DNA of 52,701 nucleotides from a virus (taxonomy: Duplodnaviria; Caudoviricetes), in the IMG/VR virus record IMGVR_UViG_3300042465_005662, positions 1-52,701 of that record, one strand, 5' to 3'. Shown piece by piece: positions 33,611 to 44,088 of the stretch. The notes under the pieces are model-generated. The model did no database searches. It was not told where the DNA came from and was given only the letters and a program-made list of their open reading frames with translations. Position 1 is the first letter of the stretch; each line of letters begins with the position of its first letter. A program made the position numbers and the translations under genes.

Positions 33611-35706
33611 CGTCTCCCGTCTTTACGGATGTCCAAACGCGGCGCGCCAAGCTGCCATGTCGTGCCCAGTTTGGTGGACTCGCCTTTCAGGATCATCTGT
33701 CGACCGCGCACGCGGGTGTAAATCTGCCCGGTGAACTCTTCAGTGATGACGTAGGAAGAACCCTTGACCACGTCCCGGCTCTTGCCGCTTGTGACGCCTG
33801 AACCGGAGTTGGTCAGGCCATACAGCGTCATCGTGAGTTCAGGAGACGAGCCCTCTGTCGAACCCTCAAAGGTCAGGTCGGGCAGCATGCGCCACACCTG
33901 GGCCACGTTGTGCCCGTCTTCAATGTCAAACTCTGACGAGGAAATATAGGCTGCAATTGGAGCCGGGGTCCCCGTTTCGTTGTCGTCCACGCCCACTTCG
34001 TGCGACACGACCCTGTAGCCGTACGTGGCTGCGATCGGGCTTCTCAGAAGGCCCGTATCAAGCCACGCGGTTCGTGCCATCGTGCCGTAGTACCAAGCAT
34101 TTTCCGCATAGTTGTAGATGACGTACTTGTCGACGACCAGACTGTCTTTAGAACAGTAGAACCACCAGACCTCGTTGAAGCCCTCGTTGGTTCCCGCAAA
34201 CACCTGTTGGTTTTGTGAAATGTTCAAGTCGTTGAACACGTGCCGACGCAAATCGCAATTCAATGTCTGCACGCGACCGTCGTAGATGTAGAACTTGTCC
34301 ACGCCCATCCAATACACGACGCCTGATGCCAGTATCGCAGCATTGGGGCCCATGATGGAAATGTTGTCGCCCAACGGCTGAGCGCCCCAAACGAACGGCG
34401 GTCCGAGGTACTGCATAGAGTACACAGCCTGATCGGTGATAACCACGATTTCCTGTCGTGTCTGAACAGCGGTGACGATCTCTGAGCCCAGCGACAAACG
34501 CAGGCTACCTGCTTGGTTCGTGGCCAGCGGCTCCCAAACAAAGGGGCTCTCCTGATCGCTCCAACGAATGAGTAGCGGATCGAGGACCGTGCTCTGAAAC
34601 TCATTTGTTCCAAACAGGATCACGAACCGCGAATCGGACACCAACAGGTAGTTGTGCACGATCGGGGCATTAGGGTCTTCGACACCATAAATGTTGACGC
34701 CGCGTTGCGAGATAAACTGCAGGCCGGACTGGGTTCCACTGGTGGTGATGGCCGCGCCGCTGATCGTGGCAGCCACACTGAAGTTTGTGCCCACAGAGTC
34801 GCGGACAAAGTAGGTGACGCCAACAGCAAGGCCCGTGGGCAAGGCCCCGCTGGACTCGAACTGGATCAACGTGCCGTCAGGAAAATTAAATCCCGCAGGC
34901 AGGGAAATTACGCCGGGAGCGGCAATTGAGATGGTGACCTGGATCGGCGTCAATTCCTTGTTCGCGTTCCAGTAGTACACGCCCTGGCCCCGCGCGCCGT
35001 AGATCAAATCCTGGCCAAAGTTCTTGGCATTCCACAGCTGCAAAGCGTTGGTATCAGCCAAGCCATTGCCCCAAGTGCCGAGGCCCCAAGGACCTGCGCC
35101 CCATCCGTTAAATGGGATTTGGAAAGACGGGCCCGCGTTGACTTGGTACTGCGTGACCACCGTGCCGCCGCCGGGGGAGCCGGAGACGTCTGTGGCATTG
35201 CTTACCGCGTCAACGGTGATGGTGTAGTTGTCGTCATCGACTAAAGCGATCTGGAAACTGCCTGTTAGTTTGGCAGCGGTAATGTTTCCGCCAAGGCCCG
35301 TGATCCCCGCACCGCTGAACGTGACCGTGCTTTCATTGGCACATCCGTGATCGACATCAAGCACGTTGACCGTGGAAGTTCCAGCGGCTGCTACGCTGAA
35401 AGGGTTGGTCAATGTGACCGTGCTGCGGATGGGTGTGATGTCGTAGAAAAACCCGCCCCGGTTGACGTAGTACTTGAGGTTGGTGCCCACGCCCAACAGA
35501 TCGGCGTTATCCAGGGTAACCCAATTCCACAGCGAACGGCAGATGCCTGTAAAGGTGTTTGAAGAGTACTGAACCCAGCCTCCAATTTTCTCTGGCGTGC
35601 CTTGGCGAAAACGGATCTTGTCGCACTCGTACCAACCGCCTTCGGTCGTGTAGCGTGTGTTTTCTTTGTTGACACCCGGTTTGAACAGTATCTTGGAAAG
35701 TGGCAT
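33607..35706 (-). CDS. tail nozzle / packaged-DNA stabilisation protein (P22 gp10-like beta-propeller)
   Basis: KPG.NK..T.Y, RFR.G.PEKIGGW, IRWSDQE, AGSLRL, FNEVWWFY motifs and DGRR C-terminus. Confidence 0.7.
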   Translation of the reverse strand: MPLSKILFKPGVNKENTRYTTEGGWYECDKIRFRQGTPEKIGGWVQYSSNTFTGICRSLWNWVTLDNADLLGVGTNLKYYVNRGGFFYDITPIRSTVTLTNPFSVAAAGTSTVNVLDVDHGCANESTVTFSGAGITGLGGNITAAKLTGSFQIALVDDDNYTITVDAVSNATDVSGSPGGGTVVTQYQVNAGPSFQIPFNGWGAGPWGLGTWGNGLADTNALQLWNAKNFGQDLIYGARGQGVYYWNANKELTPIQVTISIAAPGVISLPAGFNFPDGTLIQFESSGALPTGLAVGVTYFVRDSVGTNFSVAATISGAAITTSGTQSGLQFISQRGVNIYGVEDPNAPIVHNYLLVSDSRFVILFGTNEFQSTVLDPLLIRWSDQESPFVWEPLATNQAGSLRLSLGSEIVTAVQTRQEIVVITDQAVYSMQYLGPPFVWGAQPLGDNISIMGPNAAILASGVVYWMGVDKFYIYDGRVQTLNCDLRRHVFNDLNISQNQQVFAGTNEGFNEVWWFYCSKDSLVVDKYVIYNYAENAWYYGTMARTAWLDTGLLRSPIAATYGYRVVSHEVGVDDNETGTPAPIAAYISSSEFDIEDGHNVAQVWRMLPDLTFEGSTEGSSPELTMTLYGLTNSGSGVTSGKSRDVVKGSSYVITEEFTGQIYTRVRGRQMILKGESTKLGTTWQLGAPRLDIRKDGRR

Positions 35707-35737
35707 GGGTTACCTCAGCGTTGCGATATTTTCGCAC

Positions 35738-36244
35738 TTAACTCAGGAACAGCGCAATCTCAGCTTCGCGGCGCTTGACAAGGCCGGGCAGGATTTTGCC
35801 ACCCCCCTTGTTCCAAACACGGAATGCCTCTGCTGCGCTATCCCAGTCACCCCGGTTGGCACGCATGCGGATGGTACTGCGCTGGAGATTGCCTAGTCCA
35901 AAATTGTAGGAAATAGAGACAAGAGCGTCGAAAGAGCCTTGACGCCCAACCACGCCGGGCACAAGACGAAGAACACCCCGTTCAAAAGTTCCGACATCAG
36001 TGCGGAATAGTTCGTCGATCTCCGTTTTCGTCCAGACACGGTTGTCCTCCGGTTTCAGTGGGTACTCTTTGCGGATCATGGGCATCTCTTTGCCCTCTAC
36101 CCGCACCACGGGAAGCCTGATCTGTTCTTGGTACAGGACGTGGCCGTAGCCAATGGTCCAGATGTGCGCTGGGCAAAGGTAGGGTCGAGAGCGAAAGCCC
36201 TCGTACTTGTGCATCAAGTCTTCCCCGGCCTTGGACAGCTTCAC
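35738..36244 (-). CDS. endolysin, GH24 lysozyme
   Basis: E-8x-C-5x-T triad (YEG...YLCP...WTIGYGH), FDALVS..YN.G.G and GLVKRREAE; start at the GTGA overlap (track start 36256). Confidence 0.9.
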   Translation of the reverse strand: MKLSKAGEDLMHKYEGFRSRPYLCPAHIWTIGYGHVLYQEQIRLPVVRVEGKEMPMIRKEYPLKPEDNRVWTKTEIDELFRTDVGTFERGVLRLVPGVVGRQGSFDALVSISYNFGLGNLQRSTIRMRANRGDWDSAAEAFRVWNKGGGKILPGLVKRREAEIALFLS

Positions 36245-36744
36245 TTCTTGCTCCACTGGCGGCTACCAAACCAGAACCCGATGATGCCGCCCAGCATAGC
36301 CATCTCGTCGCTGGAGAAGATCAGATCAGAGTAACGAATTACGTCATCAACACTGGTGACCAAGCCCGGGTGCTGGTACAGATACCAAGCCATGAAGGCG
36401 TTGATTGCCACCAGCTCAAAGACAAAAATGTAGGTGACTGTGGGGCGCACAGTGCCCACATAGTTGGACACCCACCTGCTGGCCTTCTCAAGCACCTTGG
36501 CATCGTGTGCCAGCGCTGCTTCGGTCATCCGTGCATCGGTCTCCATTGCCACCTGCTCGGTGCGGATTTCCTCGACCTTAGCTTGAGCGGCAAATCCAGC
36601 AGCAGCCAACGCCAGTTCACGCTCCGTTTGAACAGCAGCCAAAGCCAGCTCATGTTTCTGGTCGGCTTTATTCTGGAAGTACTCCAGCAGCTTGGGCAGG
36701 CCGGAGATCAGCAGACCCCCAAGTGTTGAAAATAGTGAAAGCAT
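36241..36744 (-). CDS. holin-like membrane protein (3TM / GTA-holin-like)
   Basis: N-terminal amphipathic helix, D.KHEL, VRP.VTY, II.FWFGSR; adjacent to the lysozyme. Confidence 0.7.
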   Translation of the reverse strand: MLSLFSTLGGLLISGLPKLLEYFQNKADQKHELALAAVQTERELALAAAGFAAQAKVEEIRTEQVAMETDARMTEAALAHDAKVLEKASRWVSNYVGTVRPTVTYIFVFELVAINAFMAWYLYQHPGLVTSVDDVIRYSDLIFSSDEMAMLGGIIGFWFGSRQWSKK

Positions 36745-37352
36745 TAATGTCCCCTTTTGGTTAGCATGGCACTGGCAATTTCCAGCATAAATTTTACTTG
36801 CTCGATGTCCGCAGGCTGCTGTGCCCAGCCCACCGTGACTTGTCCGACAAACCTGTGGCTATCGGGGGGCACGCTCACCCGGCAGGTGTATCCCACACCT
36901 TTCTCCAAGTACCACAGCCCAACCTCAGACTGCGCGTAGCGGTACTCCCCACAAGGAATCTCGTTGGTCATCAGCCTGACCACATCGGCATTGTTGGCCG
37001 AGTTCTGGCTAAAAAGCCCTACGTCGATGTCTTCAATAGCTTTGTCCCTGCCGTCCTTCGTGTAGGCCCGGTACAGCACCCGGCTGTTGAACAAAGGGTT
37101 GACCTTGAATACCGCCACCACCGTAGCTCCCGTCTTCTTGAGCAGCATGGAGCTTGCGTCATCAGCCCTTGAGGTGTTGATCTCCGGCAGCTTCTTGGAC
37201 TCCTTGTAGGCATCGCGCATGAACTCTTGGTTCTGCCAGAGGAAGTAACCGGCGAAAGCCACCACGCCCATGACAAGGATGGCGAACAGCTTAAACGGGC
37301 TGTCTACGTAGGTCAACACCCTATCAACAACGGACGCTGGTTTGTCGCTCAT
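36744..37352 (-). CDS. single-TM protein with GAF-like domain, T4 holin T-like
   Basis: One N-terminal TM followed by an alpha/beta domain whose pattern parallels T4 gpT as I recall it. Confidence 0.5.
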   Translation of the reverse strand: MSDKPASVVDRVLTYVDSPFKLFAILVMGVVAFAGYFLWQNQEFMRDAYKESKKLPEINTSRADDASSMLLKKTGATVVAVFKVNPLFNSRVLYRAYTKDGRDKAIEDIDVGLFSQNSANNADVVRLMTNEIPCGEYRYAQSEVGLWYLEKGVGYTCRVSVPPDSHRFVGQVTVGWAQQPADIEQVKFMLEIASAMLTKRGH

Positions 37353-37795
37353 CTCAGGTGATTCATGTATATGATGAAGCCGCCAACCAGAAGGCCAGCA
37401 AGCACGATTACGGCCAAGCCGATGGCAATGTACTCTGCTAGGTCTTCAAGCTCTTGCTGCCGCCTTTTGGCTTCTTTGGCGGCTGCTTCCTTGGCCTCCC
37501 TGCGCTTACGCGCCGCTGCCGCTTGAAACTTTACCCAGTCATTCCACATGCCCGGACGGCCAGCGTAGACCATGCGCTCGCGCAGCTCCTCTTCTTGCTG
37601 CTTGAGTTGCTCAAGCGCCATGAACTCCTCAAGGTCTGACCCGCCGCCCTTCTTGGTGGCTGACTCCTGAATCTTGGCTTTGTTGTCAAAGTAGTCAAAG
37701 ACCCGTGAGCCGAGTTGATGCAGCTCCTTGCCGTTTGCCAGTGCGCCCTTTATTACTGCGAAGGCCGCATTCGCCGCTGCAATCTCTGCCAACAT
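37349..37795 (-). CDS. helical protein with C-terminal TM anchor (lysis region)
   Basis: Start MLAEIAAANA; coiled coil then hydrophobic C-terminus. Confidence 0.7.
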   Translation of the reverse strand: MLAEIAAANAAFAVIKGALANGKELHQLGSRVFDYFDNKAKIQESATKKGGGSDLEEFMALEQLKQQEEELRERMVYAGRPGMWNDWVKFQAAAARKRREAKEAAAKEAKRRQQELEDLAEYIAIGLAVIVLAGLLVGGFIIYMNHLR

Positions 37796-37800
37796 ACCTA

Positions 37801-37893
37801 TCACCTAAACAACGGGATGACAATGTAGGCGCACCAGATGACGAGCCCAATCAAAAGGGCCGCAGCGATAAAGCTAACGGCCCAGTCTTTCAT
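37801..37893 (-). CDS. 30-aa single-TM peptide MKDWAVSFIAAALLIGLVIWCAYIVIPLFR
   Basis: Fills the gap between two genes; its 3' end supplies AGGTGA as RBS for the next gene. Confidence 0.55.
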   Translation of the reverse strand: MKDWAVSFIAAALLIGLVIWCAYIVIPLFR

Positions 37894-37908
37894 GGCTGTT
37901 TAGGCGGA

Positions 37909-38301
37909 TTAGGCCAAAACCTTGTCCATCGAGGCTTGTGAGATCACAGCCGCATCGACAAGCATTTGCAGCACCTCAGTGGTGTGCTCAAGCTCTTGCG
38001 CGGATGCCATCTCTTGCTTCGCGGTCACGGCCTCGGGCGCACTGTCGTTGTCCCACTTGACCCGCTCGGAAAGAGTCAGACCAGCGCGAATGTTTTCAGC
38101 GGTCCATGTGCGTGGTGCAGGTAGTGCAGGTGGCGCAGGCTCTGGTTTGACCAGTTGGCCATTAACCCAGCCGTCACCATTGGTCGCATCATCTGGCACT
38201 TCTGTGCTGTAGAACACCGCGATGTCTGGGTGGTAGCACTCATCAGGAATGCCGTGGCAGACATCGCGCACTTTGCCGTTTTCAATCCATGCGTATTTCA
38301 T
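37909..38301 (-). CDS. tail fibre assembly / chaperone-like protein
   Basis: MKYAWIENGKV N-terminus typical of genes after Gly-rich fibres. Confidence 0.6.
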   Translation of the reverse strand: MKYAWIENGKVRDVCHGIPDECYHPDIAVFYSTEVPDDATNGDGWVNGQLVKPEPAPPALPAPRTWTAENIRAGLTLSERVKWDNDSAPEAVTAKQEMASAQELEHTTEVLQMLVDAAVISQASMDKVLA

Positions 38302-38302
38302 A

Positions 38303-39430
38303 TTAATACCCCTCAGTCCAGAACAGAATTACTGCGCCTTTTCCGCCAGCGCCCACACCAGACGTGCCTCCTCCGCCGCCACCGCCGTTCCCGCCTAATT
38401 TTCCACCCGAGCCAGTCGTGCCGCCACCACCACCGCCGAACCCACCGTTACCACCAGCCTCGGTATTTGAACCGCCGCCACCTCCCCCAAATCCGCCACT
38501 GCCTCCGGGCGTAGATCGACTACCCCCACCGCCTGCACCAGCCGCGCCTCCTCCTCCGTTAGTGGAGTTAGTACCGCCGCCACCGCCGCCACCGCACAAT
38601 CTTTGGTTTGCATAGTCAATAAAAGAATTGTTTAACGAACCGCTGCTTCCAGAAGTGGCGCTAAACAAGAAAGTCCCGCCACCCGCAGCGCACCCGCCCA
38701 TTCCGCCGCCCGGTCCACCGCCCGACCCCCCTGCGCCATTACTGCTACTTACGGAACTTCCAACACCCCCCGACGCGCTGCCCGCGCCACCACCACAAAA
38801 AGTTGCGCTTGAAGTCAAAGAGCCGCCCTGACCGCCAAGACCGCCACCTCCCGCTCCAGCGGCAGAAGAATCAGCACAATTTCCACCTGCCCCCAAAAAT
38901 CCGCCCCCACCCGCGCCCGAGGCGGTGCTGGATGTGTTACCGCCGCCTGCGCCACCGTTACCATAGGAACTGCCTGCTCCACCGCCCCCGGCTGGTTGTG
39001 AACTGCCTGTCCCGCCCGCCCCACCTGATGCTGTAAAAGCGCCACGCAGTGCATTCGCAGCCGTTCCGGTACCGCCTGCTCCACCAGTACTTCCACTACC
39101 GTTAGCCCCACCTGTAGCAGTGAGAAGCGTGCCGAAGGATGAGGTACCGGCTGGGTTGTTGCCTACGGTAATGGTTGGCAACAATTGACCGGGAATCACA
39201 TCAATAATTGCTTCCGCATAACCGCCACCACCACCGCCGCCGTTGCTACCTGATGCACCGTTACCACCACTTCCAAAAACACAAACTTTCATTTGAAAAA
39301 CATTGAGCGGGACTGTTTCGTTTGAAAAAGTTCCGTTCGTGAGAAAAGTTTTGCACGACCTCCACTCTGGAGGGGCTACGCGAGTTGCCATATTGGGCGG
39401 CAAACCAAGCCCGTACATACCTTTGTTCAT
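38303..39430 (-). CDS. glycine-rich tail / receptor-binding protein
   Basis: GGGGG repeats, GG.GG.G.VI..W C-terminus. Confidence 0.75.
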   Translation of the reverse strand: MNKGMYGLGLPPNMATRVAPPEWRSCKTFLTNGTFSNETVPLNVFQMKVCVFGSGGNGASGSNGGGGGGGYAEAIIDVIPGQLLPTITVGNNPAGTSSFGTLLTATGGANGSGSTGGAGGTGTAANALRGAFTASGGAGGTGSSQPAGGGGAGSSYGNGGAGGGNTSSTASGAGGGGFLGAGGNCADSSAAGAGGGGLGGQGGSLTSSATFCGGGAGSASGGVGSSVSSSNGAGGSGGGPGGGMGGCAAGGGTFLFSATSGSSGSLNNSFIDYANQRLCGGGGGGGTNSTNGGGGAAGAGGGGSRSTPGGSGGFGGGGGGSNTEAGGNGGFGGGGGGTTGSGGKLGGNGGGGGGGTSGVGAGGKGAVILFWTEGY

Positions 39431-39831
39431 TAGAAGTCACCTCCGTAAGCGATCACGCGAACACCTGTTTGCGCGGTTGTTGTGGTTGCACGCAAAGAAT
39501 ATCCCGTTGGGATATTCAGCGGCATGATGTTTGCATTTGAATTACTTGACAGAATCGCAGTAAACGCCGGGGCAGTAGTGCTGGATGTAACTGCCTGAAC
39601 CGGGATTTGCTGCCACAAAAAGTAGGTTGTTCCGTCATAAATGAACAAGTTGATCAGGCCCGCAATTGTGGTTGCCACACCTTGAATGGCAATGTAGTCA
39701 ATGCGAGAGCCGGAAGAGCCAGCGGTGAACACTGTACCCACGGTTGATGGTGCTGTCAGCGATGTGTCCGCTGTGGTTAAAAGCGCCGACCCTACTTTGG
39801 GGATCGAGGCATACTGAGCCGAGGTTGTCAT
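39430..39831 (-). CDS. virion structural protein (beta-sandwich, ends GGDF)
   Basis: AAGGAG RBS; tail-fibre cluster. Confidence 0.7.
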   Translation of the reverse strand: MTTSAQYASIPKVGSALLTTADTSLTAPSTVGTVFTAGSSGSRIDYIAIQGVATTIAGLINLFIYDGTTYFLWQQIPVQAVTSSTTAPAFTAILSSNSNANIMPLNIPTGYSLRATTTTAQTGVRVIAYGGDF

Positions 39832-39840
39832 GTTTTCTCC

Positions 39841-40068
39841 TTAAATGAGAGCAAAAGAATCGGAAGGGTTGAAAGTGCCGGGAGGTTGGTTGCTGCCGGT
39901 TGCTTGGGTAACAAATGCTTGTGCGCCACCACCCCCCGCAGCAGCGCTTGTCCAAGTCGTGCCGTTGGATGTCAAGACGTTACCTGCGGTACTGGGTGCG
40001 GGTAACGCCACAGTCTGAATTGAGTTATCGGGAAATTGTACGCCCGTTGATACAAGTGAGGTTGGCAT
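39841..40068 (-). CDS. short tail-fibre-associated protein (GVQFPD.S.QT; GNVLTSNGTTW)
   Basis: AAGGAG RBS; common fibre motifs. Confidence 0.7.
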   Translation of the reverse strand: MPTSLVSTGVQFPDNSIQTVALPAPSTAGNVLTSNGTTWTSAAAGGGGAQAFVTQATGSNQPPGTFNPSDSFALI

Positions 40069-40080
40069 TTAAAAGACTCC

Positions 40081-41163
40081 TTATGGTGTTCCGTTGCCGG
40101 TGATGTCGCTCAGTGTTGTAAATACACCGGCACTTGTCATGCTGGCAATCGTGGTTGCGCCGTATTTAAACACCAATACGCCGCCAGATTCTTCGACCGA
40201 AAAGTTGGTAGTCGCCAATTTTGCCACTGTGCCGTTTGCATTACCAGTACCGCCGTTAGCAGTGCCAAGTGTTCCTGCAAGAGTAACCGCGCCGTTAGTG
40301 GCCGTGGAAGGCGTCAGTCCAGTTGTTCCCGCACTAAACGTAGATACGCCCGCAGTAATTGCCCCGATTGAGTTGATTACAAACGCTGTGCTGGCTGCTT
40401 GGGTTGTGTTGGTTCCATTAGATGCAGTTGGAACAGTTGGGATACCAGTCAAGGCGGGGCTTGCGGAAAGAACTGTAGAGCCTGTCCCTGTTGAGGTTGT
40501 GACGCCTGTACCGCCGTTTACGACAGCTACTACGCCTGTGACGTTCGCCGCAGTGCCGGTGGTGTTTTGGTTTAGCGTTGGAACGTCTGCAACTTGGATA
40601 GCCGACATGACTACGTTTGTGCCGTTGCCCCGTAAATACTGACCTGACGTGACCGCCTGTGCAACACGGTTCATCTCTGCTTGAGCGGTGGTATTTCCTG
40701 TGCCGCCGTTGGCCACTGGCAGTACGCCGGTAACCTCGGTAGTCAAGTCAATTACGCTAGATGAAACTATTACAAAGTCAGAGCCGTTCCACGCAATCAG
40801 GGCTTTTTCACCGTTGGCAATCGTCACGCCTGTTGTTGGGCCAGCGCCGACTACCTTGACGCCAAACCCACCAGTGGTATCGTTGATAACAATATAGGCT
40901 TTGGACTGCGCGGGAGCAGTGATTGTTTTCAGTGTGGTCCGAGCACCTGTGCAGCGCAGCACTGCATTACGTGCCTGGTTGGCCGCGCCGTTGGTCGTGC
41001 TCAAAGTGACATCAGTGTCAGCAGACAACGTAGTAGTGCCAGCTACCGCAGAGTCAATCAACTGCGTGATCGAGTCGTTGACCGTCGTGCCCCATGTGCC
41101 GGACAGGTCGCCCGTGGTTGGCAGAGCCAGTCCGAGCAGCGGCGAGAAATTGGTTACAGCCAT
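40081..41163 (-). CDS. tail fibre protein, 360 aa
   Basis: SGTWG..VN N-terminus, LPVANGGTG repeats. Confidence 0.75.
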   Translation of the reverse strand: MAVTNFSPLLGLALPTTGDLSGTWGTTVNDSITQLIDSAVAGTTTLSADTDVTLSTTNGAANQARNAVLRCTGARTTLKTITAPAQSKAYIVINDTTGGFGVKVVGAGPTTGVTIANGEKALIAWNGSDFVIVSSSVIDLTTEVTGVLPVANGGTGNTTAQAEMNRVAQAVTSGQYLRGNGTNVVMSAIQVADVPTLNQNTTGTAANVTGVVAVVNGGTGVTTSTGTGSTVLSASPALTGIPTVPTASNGTNTTQAASTAFVINSIGAITAGVSTFSAGTTGLTPSTATNGAVTLAGTLGTANGGTGNANGTVAKLATTNFSVEESGGVLVFKYGATTIASMTSAGVFTTLSDITGNGTP

Positions 41164-41166
41164 GAC

Positions 41167-44079
41167 TTATCCTTTTGCCTCAAGGGCTTCTACACGCTTG
41201 GTCAGTTCCGACAATGCGGCCAGAGCCAATGCGCTGAGTTTTTCGTAGTCTACCGCGAGAGAGCCATCGGGTCGAGTGCGGACTGCAATCGGGAACACCT
41301 TTTGAACGTCCTGAGCAATGACACCAAAGTCCTGTTTCTGAACGAAATAATCGTCCGGTCCGCCGTGGTCTGCGATGTATGCGTCTGTCCAGTCAAACAA
41401 CTTGCCGCCAATCGCTTTGGCGGTAGCCGCTGCGTTGGGGATGTCCCGCACATTTTCTTTGAACTTGATGTCAGAGGAGAAGAACGCTATGACGTTGTTG
41501 GTGGCGCGGATTTCGCCCGCAGTGCCCGATGCTGCTACGCCCACGCCCAGAGAGTTGACTTGGTAGTTGTTGCCTGTTGCCAAGGCGTTGGCCGTGGTGG
41601 CTGTTGTAGCGGTGGTTGCGTTTCCGTTCAAAGCCCCTGTAAAAGATGTCGCCGCTAAATCGCCCGTTGTTTTTGTGAACGTGAACCGGGTTGTTCCGTT
41701 GTCTGTGATGATGAAGCTGACCGCCGCTGCCTCAAGTTCCATCTCCATCGTGTTGTTCGTTCCGTCGTAGAAGAACTGCGTATCGTCACTGGTGCCAAAG
41801 CGAAGTATGTCACTGTCAGCCAAATCAATGGCGGAGCGCACATTCAACGTGCTGTCCACCGTCAAGTTGGTGAACTGGCCGTTTGACCATGTGTTTGCGG
41901 CATCTCCTATTACGCCCGTATTGTCTGCGGCAGGATAGATACTGGTGGAGGCAACAATGGTAGTAGCGTTGACAGTCCCGCCCGATTGGTTGGTGGCGGT
42001 GGTGGCTGTCGCAGCGTTACCTGTGGTGTTTTGATTCAGCGTGGGAATGTCCGCAGCAACAACAGCCCGGAATGTGGGAACGCCTGCTGTGCCGTTTGGC
42101 GCAGCCAATACAAAGTTGGCTGTTTTGGAAGCGTAGGGGTTCTGTGTGTCGCCGTACCCCGATGCAAGGCTGATCGCTGGAGTTGCGCCGCCGCTTGAAA
42201 CTACGGGAGATGTGCCAGAAACAGAAGTAACGGGAGCAGTTCCGCTGGACACCGCAGTAACAAGACCCTTACCGTTTACCGTGACGCTTGCGTTTGTAAA
42301 AGACCCGACGTTTGAGTTGACGGTCGCCAGAGTGCCTGCTGCTGTTACGTTACCCGAACCGTTGAACGATGGGCTTGTGTACGCCAAATCGCCAGTGATT
42401 GCAATGGTTCGTCCTGTCTGCAAAGCCGTGGCTGTAGCGGCATTGCCTGAAGTCGAGCTAGATGTTGTGGCGTTCCCGTTTAAGGCGGCGGTGATTGTGC
42501 CCGCAGCAAAGTTACCGGAGGCATCTCGTGCCACCACTTTGGAGGCGGTGTTTGTGGTCGTGGCGTCCACGGTCCATGTCTGTGCACCAGAGCCGTTGTA
42601 GGCCGTGCCGGTCAGGTATGTACCTGCGGTCAAGCTGTTCAGGTTGGAGCCCAAAGCCACACCAGAGATCGTGCCTGCCACGTAAGCAAACGCAGAGCCG
42701 TTCCAGCTCAAAACCTGCCCAGAGGCTGACGGGGCCACAATAAACGCAGTGGTTGCAGCGCCGGTGTTGTACACGATACGGTTGGCCGCGCCGCCCGCCA
42801 CGTTGGTAGCCGAAGTAGCATTGCCGGAAAGAGCCGCTGTAATGGTGCCCGCAGAGAAGTTGCCCGAGGCATCCCGCGCTACGACCTTGGAGGCGGTGTT
42901 GGCATCTGTGGCGTCCACAGCAAACGTACGAGCAGCAGAGCCGTTGTACGTGCCGCCGCTGGTCAGGAAAGTGCCCGCAGTTAGTGCGTTGGCCACAGAA
43001 CCAGCTTGGCCTGTGATGTTGCCCGACACAGCGGAGCCGTTGATGGCAATGGCCGTGTTGGTAACGCTTGTGACTTGCCCCTGCGCGTTCGTGACAAACA
43101 CCGGAACCTGTGAGGCCGAGCCGTATGTGCCCGCAGTGCCGGTGTTGGTGATGCTGAACTGAGTGCCCGAAAGCGTCAGGCCGGTGCCCGCACTGTAAAT
43201 CTGCGCAGAAGAGACTTGTGCAAACGTGATGTTGGTTGTGCCAAACGTAATCGTTCCGACGGTGTTGCAGGTATATGTCTCGCCCGCGCCTGTTGTGCCT
43301 TCTTGAACGAAAAAGGTTGAGCCTTCGCTCAGTGTGTCAGGGCCAGCAAACCCAAAGGTGTCAGCATCATCTGAACGGGTCAAGACCCAGTTGGTCGAGC
43401 CAGAGCCAATGCTGGTAACGACATACACGCCGTTTTGCGTTTGGTTGGTCTGCTCGTACACCAGCACACGGTCGGCCACCACCATCGTGATGCCGTCGAT
43501 CACCAAGGCAGCCTGCGTGCCTGCATTTGTCAGTGTGGCTCCAACCCCAGACGTGCCGTTGTTGTACGTTGCATTCAGGTTGATTGGAGACTCAACTCGG
43601 ACAGGCTCATGGAAGTGAATGCCGCTTGCTACCAACGTGTCCACGTAGGTCTTGTTGACGATGTCAGTTGCCGCTGAAGGTGTAGTGGAGACTGTGCCCG
43701 TCGTCAGCGCAGCGGAAGTGGCTGTGATGGCCCCAAACGATAACTGCGCCACAATGCCAGCGGCGTCCAAGTAGACCGACTTGCTTGACGGGTAGGTACA
43801 GAACACGTCCTTGCTGCCTGCAGCAAACGAAACCGCCGCGCCGCCAGTACTGGAAGACAAAATCGTGGTGCGGGACAGCGTGGTGCCCGAGGTGGTGTAT
43901 GTACCAATGCCAACTTCCCAGTCCCCCGTGGTGTTGTCAACGATGGCGTAATACGTGGTGTTGCTGTCACCCACGACGGAAAAAGACTGAAAGCCCGCAG
44001 CCGCACCGGCCAGTGTTACTGTGCCCGTGCCTGTCGTGGTGGTGGTTTCCTTAACCCGGTCTTTGAGTACTAAAGCCAT
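41167..44079 (-). CDS. long tail fibre with C-terminal peptidase S74 intramolecular chaperone domain
   Basis: [13 protein letters not shown]-terminus, NKTYVD, Q..QNGVY; C-terminal SD.KFKEN...GVIAQDVQ...VDY. Confidence 0.85.
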   Translation of the reverse strand: MALVLKDRVKETTTTTGTGTVTLAGAAAGFQSFSVVGDSNTTYYAIVDNTTGDWEVGIGTYTTSGTTLSRTTILSSSTGGAAVSFAAGSKDVFCTYPSSKSVYLDAAGIVAQLSFGAITATSAALTTGTVSTTPSAATDIVNKTYVDTLVASGIHFHEPVRVESPINLNATYNNGTSGVGATLTNAGTQAALVIDGITMVVADRVLVYEQTNQTQNGVYVVTSIGSGSTNWVLTRSDDADTFGFAGPDTLSEGSTFFVQEGTTGAGETYTCNTVGTITFGTTNITFAQVSSAQIYSAGTGLTLSGTQFSITNTGTAGTYGSASQVPVFVTNAQGQVTSVTNTAIAINGSAVSGNITGQAGSVANALTAGTFLTSGGTYNGSAARTFAVDATDANTASKVVARDASGNFSAGTITAALSGNATSATNVAGGAANRIVYNTGAATTAFIVAPSASGQVLSWNGSAFAYVAGTISGVALGSNLNSLTAGTYLTGTAYNGSGAQTWTVDATTTNTASKVVARDASGNFAAGTITAALNGNATTSSSTSGNAATATALQTGRTIAITGDLAYTSPSFNGSGNVTAAGTLATVNSNVGSFTNASVTVNGKGLVTAVSSGTAPVTSVSGTSPVVSSGGATPAISLASGYGDTQNPYASKTANFVLAAPNGTAGVPTFRAVVAADIPTLNQNTTGNAATATTATNQSGGTVNATTIVASTSIYPAADNTGVIGDAANTWSNGQFTNLTVDSTLNVRSAIDLADSDILRFGTSDDTQFFYDGTNNTMEMELEAAAVSFIITDNGTTRFTFTKTTGDLAATSFTGALNGNATTATTATTANALATGNNYQVNSLGVGVAASGTAGEIRATNNVIAFFSSDIKFKENVRDIPNAAATAKAIGGKLFDWTDAYIADHGGPDDYFVQKQDFGVIAQDVQKVFPIAVRTRPDGSLAVDYEKLSALALAALSELTKRVEALEAKG

Positions 44080-44088
44080 TTTTGATCC

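Noticed and set aside
38303-39430. Gly-rich low-complexity tract as a novel repeat element
   Set aside because: Ordinary glycine-rich phage tail protein; the poly-Pro ORFs on the opposite strand are shadows
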